Translations under genes and position numbers: made by a program
The notes under the pieces: model-generated
Databases searched by the model: none
The model's input: only the letters and a program-made list of their open reading frames with translations
Told to the model about the DNA's origin: nothing
Shown here: one piece after another, positions 25,723 to 39,403 of the stretch
How the letters are laid out: each line of letters opens with the position of its first letter
Numbering within the stretch: the first letter of the stretch is position 1
NCBI RefSeq assembly: GCF_037042905.1
Contig: NC_087249.1
Coordinates: forward strand, 30,690,001-30,754,000
DNA from: Lytechinus pictus
Lineage: Eukaryota
Reading direction: 5' to 3'
DNA length: 64,000 nucleotides

Positions 25723-26785
25723 TAGTACGATCTAAGATGGATGGTTGTGCAAGATCATTGTTAATAATAAAGATAATAGTACTCATAATATTATTGAAAA
25801 ACACGTTATTAACCAGTATTTGTACCAATGATATACCATGAATATATATATTCGATTTTTTTGTTGCAGTATTAATTCGATTTGTTTGCCAGTGGTGAGT
25901 ATAGCAATATGCATGCCTCATGACTTAATGTTTTTAGAAGATGAAAAATTCTACCAAACAAAGCAGAGAGAAGAGAGACTTGAGAATAAAATTGTTTTAA
26001 TTTGATTTTTTATTTTGACAGTTTTGACATTACGCAAACATAATCAGTTTTAAATTTTACGAATTACTATATTAAAAAATTGACAGAATATGTATTCACT
26101 GAAAAGTAAAAAAAAATATATATATTCATCAACTCGTATTATATATGTAGTATAGCAAAATTTCATATAAAACCTTATTCATTACATAGCTATATCATAT
26201 TTCCGTAAATTTTGTTTTAAATAGTGCATTTAAAAGCGAAAGTTGTTGGTTTTATTTGGTGCAGCTTTGAGTCAAACAGTAATATCTTATTGTTATTTGT
26301 CATAATTCTTTATAAAAAGGCCTATTTGTATATTTTCTTTAAATTGAATTCAAGTACCATGGAGATAAAACAGAATTGATAAAAATGCTATATAAATCAA
26401 GCTATTATTATTATATTTTTTATAAACTCCTATTGCACTAAGTATGACTCTGTGATTTATTTTTAAAGTGTTAATAACTAAAAATTTCAAATGATTTCCG
26501 ATGTCTGCGTAGGATGGTTTTATTTACAATTTTCTTATTGAAAGTCAATAAATATCAGTAAAAAAAATACTCAGGCATACTCTCACGAAGTGTACAGTTT
26601 GCAAAATATAATTTTTCTATTGATATCAGTCATAATTTGCTAAAGGAGAGAAGCGTTAAGTTTCTGGAGAAAATACATAAGAAAGAAATTCTTTATGTTC
26701 TTTGATTATTAAATAGTCTGATCGTCGTTACGGAAGTGAACACGATGACCTAAGCCTAATAAGAAGTTGTATTTTTTTTTGTCTG

Positions 26786-29700
26786 TCACTGCTTTGGTGG
26801 AAAATGGTCTCCGGGTTTCTGTCGAAAGAAAATGAGAGAATGGTAGAAAAGAAAGTTTAAAAAAAATTAGAAAATTGAGAATTTTATTCTTTAGAGATGA
26901 TATTCATTGATGTTTTTTTCGAATGGAGTGTTATCGATTTCTTAGAGCTGAAATAATTTGAAAAATCCCAAATTAATTGCTAAAAATCTTTTCATCTACT
27001 TTATCAAAAATATCATGGATCATTCATCTGCATAAAAGTTCGAATGACATATTAAATAATGTAACCAGGTGATTTAGGTAAAATAAAAGGTAAATAAGCA
27101 ACACAGACTTCTCAATTTCATCAGATTAACCCCCCAAAAAACATCTATTCAAGGTGAATATGAAATGAAATTGCAATTGTTCAACATTTTGCATATCAAA
27201 TTTGACGTTCCATATTCTTCAGGAAGTCAGATGTGTATTAACGGGCAGCTTTACACACTCAATATGTTGGGCAACGTATACTGTCCACTGTTTTGGGTAA
27301 TGTATGTTGGTGCAAGATATAAATATATATTCTGCGCAATTATTATCCAATTGAGCAAATTCATTACCCAATTATTAGTTTTTATTACCCAATTTGGACA
27401 GATTTTAACCAATAGTTATGTGGACAGTATGTTTTTCAGGGTTGGTTAAAATTGGGGCATTTTTGCCCAAATATATTAAGAGTGTATCAAAAAGAAAATT
27501 CCCCTCCCCACAACTATCCTCACAATATTATGGATATATGTGGTATATGGGGCATTTATTGTTGTTTTAAGATGAGCTTTGGACATAAATCATATACATG
27601 GATCATTGTTAGAATATATTTATAAGAGTTTGAGTAATTACCTTTAATTTGTGTGTATTTTTTCAACAAATCGTAGGTAAGTTCATAGTTTTTACGAACC
27701 TGATTTTTTTCTCTTAGAGCGTATTATATAATCACCTGAAATTCAAGAATATTATTGTACGTAATCCATTTAAACATCATTGCGGAGTAATTCCTTATCA
27801 TTTTATATAAAGATAAGCTTGAATAATTAAGACAAGTACGTGATTCAACTTAATTTCTTACCCAGTGAGGCCAAGTTTGGATCATGTCAAAAAGAGCCTG
27901 GCCTGGGCAGGTCCTGTTTGGAGTAGCTTGGCGATGACCATAGAGAATGTAGTCAGACTTGAGTTTATTGCTATAAAATGTGATTGAGAAAGAGGGGCAG
28001 AGAGGGGGTGGGGAGTAGAGGAGGGGGGGGGGGGTGGTGTCAAAGTAAGGGGTGGAATGCAATATGCGAAAATATATAAAATACGTGAGAAAGCTATCAG
28101 TTAACATCCCACGTTCATTGCCTTACTGCGGACGGAGGAAGCAGGCGCAGTTGATCCCCGCTTATTTTTATTTTTCCATTTCTCAAAAATCTAGTGTGAC
28201 CAAGATCCGTTCTTTTCAACTTTAAAACACATACCCAAAAAGGAGACCAAGCGCCTTCTGTGTTACAGGTATACCCCTCCACAAGCTTTTGCTTTTGAGG
28301 AATTACGCCTTCTTCTGTTTAACAAATCTTATTTATATTTGTACTCTTTTATGACAAATGATTTTATACAGATTATAATGAAAAATGATATTTTGTGAAA
28401 ATAGAAGAAAATAAATGTTTATTTGAATTGAATTGAATTACATTAGGGAGGAGCCAGGATTTTCCAAAAGGGGGGTGCACATTTTCCCGTGGAAAATTTG
28501 ACAAGCGAAAAAAAGCTTTTCACCCAAATTTTAAGTCATTTTTGTCCACTGAAAATTTGACAAGCAAAGAAACAAAAAAGGTTTTCACCCAAAATTCAAG
28601 GTCATTTCGTCCACGGAAAATTTGACGAGCAAAAAAAAATGTCCTCACTTAAAAAAAGGGGGGCACACTTGGGTTAGAACGGCATTTACATTACAAATTT
28701 TGATTATGCCTCTCAAAAGGGGGGCACGGGCCGGATGTGCCCCCCCCCCCCCCACGGGATCCGCCACTGAATTGCATATAGTTACTATTACTACTACTCA
28801 TCTATTTGTTTTGCATATTGGAGACTCACTTTACAATGGCACAGTTAATGATTTCATCGACAGCTTCTATTGCCTTCTGGTTCGGAAGCTTCGTTGTAAA
28901 ATTCCCCATGATAGATATGCCTTCAAAAGAAAGAGAAAACAGGGACGGTATATAAATCAATATGATGAGATAATAGTATTCCACATAATAATTGCAATAT
29001 ACCCTACACCCATCACCATTAAAAACATAATAAAAAAATCATAATCACCACCACCACCATCTCCATCATCAGCATCATCATCACTACCATCATCGTCATC
29101 ATCATTATCAAAATAAAATCTTCACTAATATACAACAACACACTACTACTACTACTACTACTACTACTGCTGCTGCTGCTACTACTACTACTACTATACT
29201 ACTACTNNNNNNNNNNNNNNNNNNNNNNNNNNNNNNNNNNNNNNNNNNNNNNNNNNNNNNNNNNNNNNNNNNNNNNNNNNNNNNNNNNNNNNNNNNNNNN
29301 NNNNNNNNNNNNNNNNNNNNNNNNNNNNNNNNNNNNNNNNNNNNNNNNNNNNNNNNNNNNNNNNNNNNNNNNNNNNNNNNNNNNNNNNNNNNNTAGTATT
29401 AGCTACTACTANNNNNNNNNNNNNNNNNNNNNNNNNNNNNNNNNNNNNNNNNNNNNNNNNNNNNNNNNNNNNNNNNNNNNNNNNNNNNNNNNNNNNNNNN
29501 NNNNNNNNNNNNNNNNNNNNNNNNNNNNNNNNNNNNNNNNNNNNNNNNNNNNNNNCCATCATCATTTATTGTCTTCATAAGCATTGTCATCATCACCACA
29601 AACAACACCATATTCACACGATCTCCATCACCATCACCCTGGTAACAATCATCCACATCATATACCAGTCCTACCTAATGATCTGAAGTTATACCAGGGT

Positions 29701-31949
29701 GCATGACTACCCACGGTGTCCCATCCTCGACCTCTGTATACCAAACCGTCTTCGCCGACCAGGAAGGAATATGCGATGTCGTCCCATCCCCTGACGTCCA
29801 TGTGGAAATCCTGAACGAGGTCGAACAAATTTCAAGAGTGCATCCGACACCAACACATTAAACACTTCAATTATGATACTTGTATGTAATAATTTATAAC
29901 AACAATTATGCCTATGTCATATTCAGATCGAGTCGAGGCGTAAACTGAATTGTACAAATCAGTTAAAAAAAAGAAAAGAAACGATGAACACTTTTTGTAG
30001 CAATATGAATTCACACAAAATAAACAGTGAGTCACTTGTAGCGTAAAAGTGAGTCAATTTGTGCTTATAATTACACATTTGGCTCACATTTATCCCTGTT
30101 GAAAGAAGGGCGGAGGGGGGGGGGGTGAAGAAGGAGCAATTTACCTGTATGGATCGCATCATCTTACAGCATTCGTCAAAGGTAAAACATTCTGGCATAT
30201 AGGTGTGATGTAATATCACAAAGGGAACCGGAGTTGCCATGTCTGACCTATCCTTGGCCAGTCTAGCACCCCACTCTTCACGGGTTACAACCCTTGGACA
30301 CGCCTTAACTGTGAATGGTATAATATACAAAATGGGGGCTCATGATGAAGCCCTTTTAACATTGTTTAATATGGGATGAATGACGAGCTGAATGGTCAAA
30401 GGAATTATATAACCTGGTTTGTTTGATTTTTTTTAATTTCTATATTTCTGGACTTAATCTTATATGATGTAGGCCGTAACAATTTAATTATGTCTTACAA
30501 AACATTACCAATGATCTAGAATTAGACTGTTAGCTTAAACGTGATTGTTTTCGATTGTATTTTAAACTAGGGTCACATTTGACATGAAAGATAAGCTTCC
30601 CTCGTACTCATTCTGTATAATACAGTGGATGATTTCATGAAATAATCAAGTGAAACAGAATATGCCTACATAATTCATAAAAGATGGAAAGCTTACCAAC
30701 TGAATCCATCAATCTCCCACCGTCGATATCTGCCTGGAGTTGTAAAATGAATAATAACAAAATGACGTTACTAAGATGAAAATTCAGACTCCAATGTCTA
30801 ATAATCAATAATCTGTATTCAAGACGGATGATACAGCTTAATGATCAATACAAGCCTTTATCGATGTGGCTTTAGATAAACATCATTCTATTCAGCAATA
30901 GAGACTGCTATTCCACGGGCTATGCCATACAGGAATGGGGATTCCCCCAAACAAGGGTAGTGCGTATTCAAAAGTGGAATACAAACAAACAGTGGTGTAC
31001 GTCAACACAAGGTTAAGGATATGATCATGGAGCTATATAGCTCCATGATGATAAATGGAATGGTTTTATGCAGGCGAACCACTGTGTGTGGCTTGTGCAC
31101 TGAATTCGCTGGAGCGAGGATTGACTTTCTGCACTTACATATAGACATGCACAGAGGTAATACATTTAGATAAATCAATTATACGACAGTCGTCATATTA
31201 ACAATGAAACTAAATATCATCACATAAATCACAAATTAATAACATACACAAATTGTAGTATCTAAAAATATTGAGAAAAAAAACGGTAAACGAAATTAAA
31301 TTAAAATATTACAGGATGTAAAATCATCTGCGAAATAAAGACAAATTTATGAATTATAATAAAAGCGATATAAAGAGGAGCATACATAAAAGTTGCCCCA
31401 GAGGTGTTGAGCGAACTCCTGCGTTCATAGATTAATGTTTTTGTTATAAAAAGAGTAAAGTTTATACTCACATCCTTATTTTGTTTTAATTATGTATTAT
31501 GAATATGTTGTTTATCATGGGTTATTCTGTATATGGCATACGTAAACACATTTGATATTATGTACTGTATTATTTTGAACGCAATAATAAAAGCAAAACA
31601 AACAAAGACAATTATTCCATCTGTACGTAGGGAAATTTTCATCAATTGAAATGGTAATAAAGATTTAATATCACTTTTCTTCCGTCGAACTGGGCACTAT
31701 CCTCATGTCACTTTTGGAAGGAGAGGAGAATACTAAGTACATTCATATACAACCTGATGCCATTGAGGATTTTATGAATGTTTGTGCGAAGTATACATAC
31801 CACTTCCATTATCGGACAGTTTTCATTCAAATAAAAAGCTCGATACATACCTTCCAGTGTTTGTGATCATTCTGAATATCCTTCCTTCCATCACAGATTG
31901 CCTTGCAGACGACAAGAATAAGAACTACTGTTAAATTACACTTCCACAT
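26786..31949 (-). CDS. PGRP: Secreted amidase-type peptidoglycan recognition protein (PGRP copy 3), 7 exons, ~222 aa
   Basis: Exons 31949-31851, 30733-30697, 30308-30145, 29810-29675, 28920-28830, 27970-27862, 26818-26786; GT-AG, phase-consistent, 669 nt total. Same PGRP/amidase_2 motifs as copy 2. Confidence 0.92.
28444..28769. mobile_element. hAT-type MITE, paralogous copy in PGRP copy 3 intron 5
   Basis: Near-identical to 18974-19304. Confidence 0.7.
29040..29640. repeat. (CAT)n/(CTA)n microsatellite with assembly gaps (N 29207-29393 and 29412-29555)
   Basis: Directly visible. Confidence 0.9.
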
Positions 31950-31985
31950 AATTTCGCAGATATCAGTTTCAACAAGTCACAATAT

Positions 31986-32582
31986 CGCTGATGTGGTTTA
32001 CGGTACACCATGTGAAGTGTTGTAGAAACAGTGGATAGGAGAAGAGAAGAAATGGATAGGCGAGAAAGTGGAGATTTGAGAGTAGAGTATTCTTTCTTGA
32101 AAGTAGTCCTGAAAAGGACTGTAAACCAGGAAAGATTGATGAGTTGAGAACAGCTTGAGTAGTAGAGCTAGTGAGGAGATGCTGGCTTGAGTCGGCGAGT
32201 AGAGATGATGAGTAGTACTACTCATCATCTCTACTCGCCGAGGAGATGCTGGCTTGAGTCGGCGAGTAGAGATGATGAGTAGTACTACTCATCATCTCTA
32301 CTCGCCGACTCAAGCCAGCTCATCATCTCTACTCGCCGACTCAAGCCAGCATCTCCTCACTAGCTCTACTACTCAAGCTGTTCTCAACTCATCAATCTTT
32401 CCTGGTTTACAGTCCTTTTCAGGACTACTTTCAAGAAAGAATACTCTACTCTCAAATCTCCACTTTCTCGCCTATCCATTTCTTCTCTTCTCCTATCCAC
32501 TGTTTCTACAACACTTCACATGGTGTACCGTAAACCACATCAGCGATTGTACATACCACCATGCAAACCTTCAAACAACACC
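31986..32582. mobile_element. Palindromic (snap-back) retro-insertion, possibly a Penelope-like element fragment
   Basis: 13-bp TSD caagtcacaatat (31973-31985 and 32583-32595). Perfect 229-bp inverted arms (31984-32212 and 32319-32547). Absent in copies 1 and 2. Confidence 0.7.
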
Positions 32583-35500
32583 CAAGTCACAATATGCCGT
32601 GTATCATTCATTCAATTAATATGAGCTAGCTAACAGGAATACACAAGAGGTTAAACACAAAAGCTGCATTCATATTCCCCATTTTTCCCTTTTTCCTTAT
32701 ATCGAGCATGTTATGTTTGTTCAATACTCCCACGATAATTTAGCGCAGAGTACTTCGTTTTTAATCTCAGGTTTTTATTTTTGCAAAGAGAAGCTAAAAA
32801 GAGAGCTTTAAATAGATCTATGTATGTAATCGAAACTGCAATGTTGTATTCTAATATACTGATTAGCCTAGCACCTGCAGGATCGTTGGATAGATTTCCA
32901 TGGCAGCATATAGGCAGGAATCGTTTTCCTATAGGGGGGGGGGTTAAATTACTTAGAATGTTGAAGCATAATAATACGAGCGAGTGAGCAATGCGGTCGA
33001 GCTGATTGCCAAAGTGTGGTTTTGATAATTGAAATGAATGGGTCTGTTTGCACAATATGGGTAACACTTAATGGAAATTTTCGACGGAAAGGTAAGTTTG
33101 CAAATTTTAAGGGGGGGGGGCAAAATAATAATTAAAAATCAACATAGCATCAGGCCGACTAGATTATTTTAGATCCTTGTTTTTTGACAGACGCGGATCA
33201 CAGGGAGCGGGGTACAATGTATACATAAATCATTCCAAATATTTCCCAGTGGTATGAACTGAGGGAGAGGGGCTGACAGGAAAAAAATGAGGGGTAACCT
33301 TTCCTGGTTTGCATATTTTAGGAGCCGAGAGAACAAAGGTTTCTGTTGGATGTGATATTAATTTTTTGTCAGTAATTTATATTTATAGACACACCCCCTC
33401 CTTGACATCATGCATTCGCACTAGTGTCCATGTAAATCCAATTTGGTAAAGACTGTAATCGTAATATATTTTTTTATGGAAGAAAATAACATTATATACA
33501 TTTGATGAAGTGTAAGCAATACAATACAATCTTCATGTGATATTTTGAAGGTAATGCACGCATTTATTACGAGTGACTGTTTGTGCCGAAATGACAATGA
33601 CAGAAATTTACTTTATAGTAGGTCTACATAAATCAGCAAAATAAATATCGTTAATTCTACTGTAATAATATCATAAACATGATAAATATAGATGGATTAG
33701 GAATGGAATCCAGAATCAAGACATGAAAGACGTGTCTAACAATAATTTTGATTTTTTTTTCGTCTCTGACACCCCCACATAAGTTTGTCACTCAAAAAGT
33801 GTGTCAATTTTTTTTAAGAATGCAAGGGAAAATGGGTTCCATTGCCAAAAAGGGATGAAATTTTTATAAAAATGTTTTAGAAGAGTAAATCACGCGGTTA
33901 AAAGTGTTACTTAAAAGGAGCAGAACAGCGAGTCTAATTTGGGCTAAGGGGTAGAGGGCATAAGCCTAAATCCTTTGCTTATGACATTTTATGCAAATTC
34001 CAAATATATACACTTTTGCAGGTCTATAAAGCTACATGTAGGTATTAATAGAGATGCGACATAGTCGCACTGAACTATATTGCCAGCAACGAAGATGGGG
34101 TAATATGCCGGTGAAACAATATAATTGAGAAATAATGATTTGATTTTGCAGTCTACCAATAACCTTAATTATCTGATGGGTGTGGGGGGTATAAAATCAA
34201 GGTGGTAATAGTAAATGAACGAATATTGACAAGAATGGACATCTATAGGCATATTGGCAATTACGTAATAATTAATGGAAATGGCTGTTTGCTTTTGTAT
34301 TTAGATTTAACGTCTTCGCTGAAATGGGGAATTATAAAAACAGTAAAAAGTTGGCATACACACGGTTATGTTTTATAAAATCAGTCAAAAGGGCAGAGAA
34401 TATGGTGAAGATTTTGTATTATTCTGATTGAAAAATACGAATGATGTAGAGCTTTTAAGTTGCCATTCTGTAAAACTCAATGTTGGAAATCAAGAGCATC
34501 CAATGTTTATCGACGATAAATGTAAGAAAATCGTCTTTTCTTGGTTATTGATAAAGACTCAGCGCATAATGGCAGATCAAAGGGGAATGATATCTAACGA
34601 AAGAACGAAGCCCCCCCCCCCCCTAGATTTAATTGCTCTTCTCAAGTAATATTCAAATGCCTTTTTTCTTTCAACTTTTACGAAATAAATATATATATTT
34701 AAGCTCGATGCAAAATCAATTAATCTCAATAAAAAGTTGGATCCCCATTTTCGGTCCAGAAACTCGCGACTCTTGCGAAATTTACGTAATGAGCATAATT
34801 AGCATAATTCTCCATTTTAGAAACTCAAAGGACTCAATGATTATACGGTACCCTTTATAGGTTCTTTTTATTGCCCAGTTACCTGAGTACAGACTATTTG
34901 GCAAATAAATTTTCGGCACACTTATCGGGAAAAGTGTTTTGTTTTATTGTCAATTAGCTGTTTAGTTTTAAGACAACCTCCACTTTAATTGATAGCCTTT
35001 AGCAACTTTGTTATGTCATTATCGAAACTAATACATTTATTGTTCATAAAGATACACATGTGGTTTTCTTCTGCAGAAGTTAATAACCAGTAGCCTTTTA
35101 TATTGCTCCAATACTCTCAAATTTCGTACGTCATGTCCATGTCTCTTGTGTTATTCCATATCCTCCTCTCTCCCTCTCTCTCAATCCCTCCCCCACTCTC
35201 TCTCTCTCTCTCTCTGTCTGTTCTCTCTTAACTATAAAATCATAAGAAGGTCGATATCATTGCGGACCAATTTAACTATCAGACATAAATAGATGGAAAT
35301 CTGACAAATCTCTGCCTCGCAACTATCTACCTATCTATCTATATATCTATGTATCTTTTCAACTATCAATCAATTTTTTATTGATCGATTGATGTAAGTT
35401 CCTCATCTCTTTCTTTATCTCCCTCAGTTTCTCAGCAACACTGTTTTCTATCTATCTTCATCTTCTCGTCATCATCCTCCTCACTGATTATAATGGGCTA

Positions 35501-35611
35501 ATGCCATGCTATTCATATAAAAGACGAGGGGTGATGGTACTAAGTAAAAGTGCATACGAAGAACATTAATAGTAATTGTATTCAAGCCAATATAATCCCC
35601 ATAATTGCTAA

Positions 35612-35772
35612 TACCTCGGTCACATTTGCTCTACGGCGGCCGTAAGGCGAGTCGAAAACAGCCGTTTATTCATTTTTATTCAAACCACCTATATTTAGCT
35701 GGTACAAAAAATGTTAAAACGACTGTTTTCGACTCGCCGTACGGCCGCCGTAGAACAAATGTGACCGAGGTA
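35612..35772. mobile_element. PIF/Harbinger-type MITE (second copy at 41517-41676)
   Basis: ~55-bp TIR tacctcggtcacatttgctctacggcggccgta...; TAA TSD. Confidence 0.75.
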
Positions 35773-36889
35773 TAACTGATTGATTACTGATTGATTGTAT
35801 ATCAAACAAAAAGCAGCGTTCAGTTTTGAAAAAAACTGACAAGGTGTAAATGCTTAAGAATGAACGTCTGAAGTGAATACATGAAGAAAAAAATAATCAA
35901 GATATTATCGGCATATTTAAAATGAAGGCCCTTTGTGCATTTCGTAATTTTTGTAACTGTGAAATATTCATATGGCTGTGTTTTGCAAACCAGTGAGCTT
36001 GTATTTCATACTGAATCCAACTTTTCCGTTCGCGATTAATATCTTGCATACAATGAAACAAAATGTATTACTCATTAAATGTGTAGAATCTTTATAATTT
36101 TAATCATATAGATAGAAATAACAGAAAGATGATCTATACCGTGTTTAAAGAATTATGTGTAAATACGTTACAAAAATAGGTAGGATTACAATACATATCC
36201 ACGGACAGATCCAGGAGTTTTAAATGGAGGGGTGGGGTATGTATCTCCCGAAAAAATTGACACCCCCCCCCCCTCCCCGAAAAAAGCTTTTTACTTTCGA
36301 CTTGCGTATGCGCGACATTTTCCATTACAATCATTTTGTATGGCTTTCAAAAGGGGGATCCGGCTACACTCTGGTCAAGAAAAAGGATTCATAATTTACC
36401 AAACTAGAATTTACATTTACGCCGACTGTCGATTGTGATCGACGATGATTTAGGAGGTTGGGCTGTGTGACAGGCGCTCGTATACATGTAGAGGCAGGCC
36501 TATATGGTTTGAAGGAATGCGACACAGCGCGCGTTAGATGCTGCGGAAATAACTCGCTCTTTCTAAAATGAGGATAGTCGCTTCTCAATTTGAGCGTTTA
36601 ACACCGGTCGTGCCAGTGCAACGTGGGGTTTATCAAAATCAATAACTTGGTTTGTTGCTGTATTTTAGCTTTATGGATGATAATTCAGCATGTCCCAAGG
36701 AAACTTTAAGTAACTTGAATCTGGAACTTTAATTGAAACGTTCCTCTATGTGCCGACGGAGCTGAATACGCTTGGATAGTTTCGGATATTCCGAATCAGT
36801 AGTAGATGTAGACATATCATCTGCTACTCTATAAGATAATCGATATAAATTTTAAAAATATAAAATCTTACTAAAACGCCAAGAGCAAC

Positions 36890-39371
36890 ATGAGTTCCGA
36901 CAAATTCGATGATGACACTGTAGGTGAGGCGGTGTGCGACTTCGGCAAAGACACCACCGTTCACGGAGTCAGGTACATGATCGCCCGAGGTCATTTTCTC
37001 TTCCGTCTGTGCTGGCTCGCCATCGTCATCCTCGCTTTCGTTCTCTTTGGTATGCAAGCTACCAACGTTTATAGCGATTACGCTGCTTCCCCGTATTCGA
37101 CCAAGATAGACATCGTCCAGACGACCTTCAAGGCCTTCCCTGCCGTGACGGTTTGCAATGTGAATAGGATTCGGAGATCGAGGCTCTACGATACGAACTA
37201 CGAGGGGCTGATTGACGTCGATGATATGTTTATCTCTGGATATTTAGAAGACGAGGAATCGGTCAATATGACAGAGAGAGTAAAGTAATTAAACCTTCTC
37301 AAAACATTAAGAGTATAAAGTTGGTAAACCATTCATTCATTATTATTTTCACATTTCATAATAAATTATTTTAATTTGAACAAATACATCATGTGCATGA
37401 CATATGCAGATTTTAACACGCACCAATAAAATGGAGAAAAAAAAGTAGAGGGTTCTAATAAAAAGAAAAGATTAAAAAATGTGGGCCCCAATCGATATTT
37501 ATAATAATAATAACAATACTAATAATGATGATAATAATAATAATTAAATATATATATATATACGCACACACATATATTAGGTAGAAATAACACAAGAGCT
37601 GGATTCCCAACAACCCCTCCGAATCATGTTCGCTTCTGTTTATCGACATGCCCCTATACAGTCTCAGAAAAATAATGTTACTACAATTTAGTTTTCTTTT
37701 TCTGCAAGAGTATTGTAACAGTCAAAGACCAGTGCCTTTCAGCAATTCAAACAAAGGATTCACTGGAATTGTTAGAGCTGACACTTCATGCAGTAGGCCC
37801 TAAACTGATGAATTCCATGAAATTATGCTCTTTAATTGTTTTCTTATTTTCTTTCGCTTTAGTGAACGTGAGGTCGAAGAAAGAGAGGGTGAGATCTGGT
37901 CTAAGGTGAACGGTCAGTACGACTGGATGGGGTTTTATACCGCCTCTCAGGCCGACGACTTCAGCGACCTTATCAATGTAGTGAACCCAACGAAAGAAGA
38001 GCTGACGGGATACGGACATCAGTTGGAGAGGTTTCTCATTCAGTGCACTTATGATCAGCAACCTTGTAATGCAAGGTAAATACTAATCATTCCAAAGGGT
38101 GACTGACGGTGTCGACCAAATACGTCGACGTCATTCTTAGGACAGTTATAAGTAATTTTTTTTTATCAAGCAACACATAGCCTCGGCGACAAAAAATTGT
38201 CGCTGCCAACCACATACAACAAAAACCTTAAGCTAAAATAGGGACTTCATAGGACGTCCATGATTGAGATTTAAAAACTTGTGTAAGGGTAGCCGTAGGT
38301 CTAAGTATTGTGTTTGAACATTTCGGAAGATTGCGTCTGCGTTTAGGTGTGTAGTCCAGAAAAAAAGATAGATGAATAAACATTGTCTTCGGAATCATGT
38401 TTTTTCCTGAAAAGAATGGTCAGAAAATGTTTCGCCGGAGAATTAACAGTTGGAGTGGTAATTGCATTTGCGTAGAAAATTTGACATGAAGATGGGCTCG
38501 CTTATCCTTTATAAATCAAAATGCTTTAGTTCAAGACTAGTCAATTCAATCTAACCCATTTTCACTTGGCTTTAGTACAATACAACATTCATGCTGTCTC
38601 AATCTTTATCACCCTTTTTATGATTACTTAATAAACTTAACAAGAAGTTATATATATTTACTTTTCTTTTCAAATGAACTTATACGTTGCTTACGTCATG
38701 TTGTTGTTTCTTTTTAGTTCTAAATTTGAGGTGTGGCAAAATCGATATTACGGAAATTGTTTCACTTTTAACTTTGGTACAAATGGAGATCTGATTTCAA
38801 CCAGCAAGACGGGAGCTTTGAATGGTAAGAATTACCTTTCGTGACTGTTGATTATTGTGTTCAAATGTCTAACAATGCATACTTTAAAGAGCAAACATAC
38901 AGACATTGATAACAATGATACTGGACATGACGTTAATTTGTCTGAATTCGAATCGAGCACCGAATTCAAAGTGATATCTGCTTGAAAGAGAAGTTTATAA
39001 TAATTACACTCTAAATTACAGGGATTTAAAATAAGTCCAGATGGACTGTAGCTAGGGACCAATCGATTTCTGAATTTAGTTTTAATCCTAACGACTTAAA
39101 TTTAAATCTCAAATGATTTAAATTTAAATCTTTCGAGATTTAAAAATGAATCTTAAGGATTCAAACTAAATCCGGAATTCGATTGGTCCCTAACTACAGT
39201 CCATGTGGACTTGTTTTAAATCCCTGTAATTTAGAGTGTAGGGACATGCGAGAAGCATGAAACAGATATTACGAAATCATCTTGAAATACCGACATCGAA
39301 GGAAGATCATCGAGGAAATATATGCTTTTGTGATGGTGTACTTTGTGTGATGGAAAGGAACAACAGCATAT

Positions 39372-39403
<32 letters not shown>

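Larger units (their letters stand above)
1..34935. repeat. Tandem segmental triplication (units approx. <1-5885, 5886-24735, 24736-34935), each with one PGRP gene
   Basis: Long colinear near-identity among 2542-5885, 21362-24735 and 30913-34935, and between 5886-8410/18149-21360 and 24736-30910. Similarity stops at about 34935. Confidence 0.9.
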
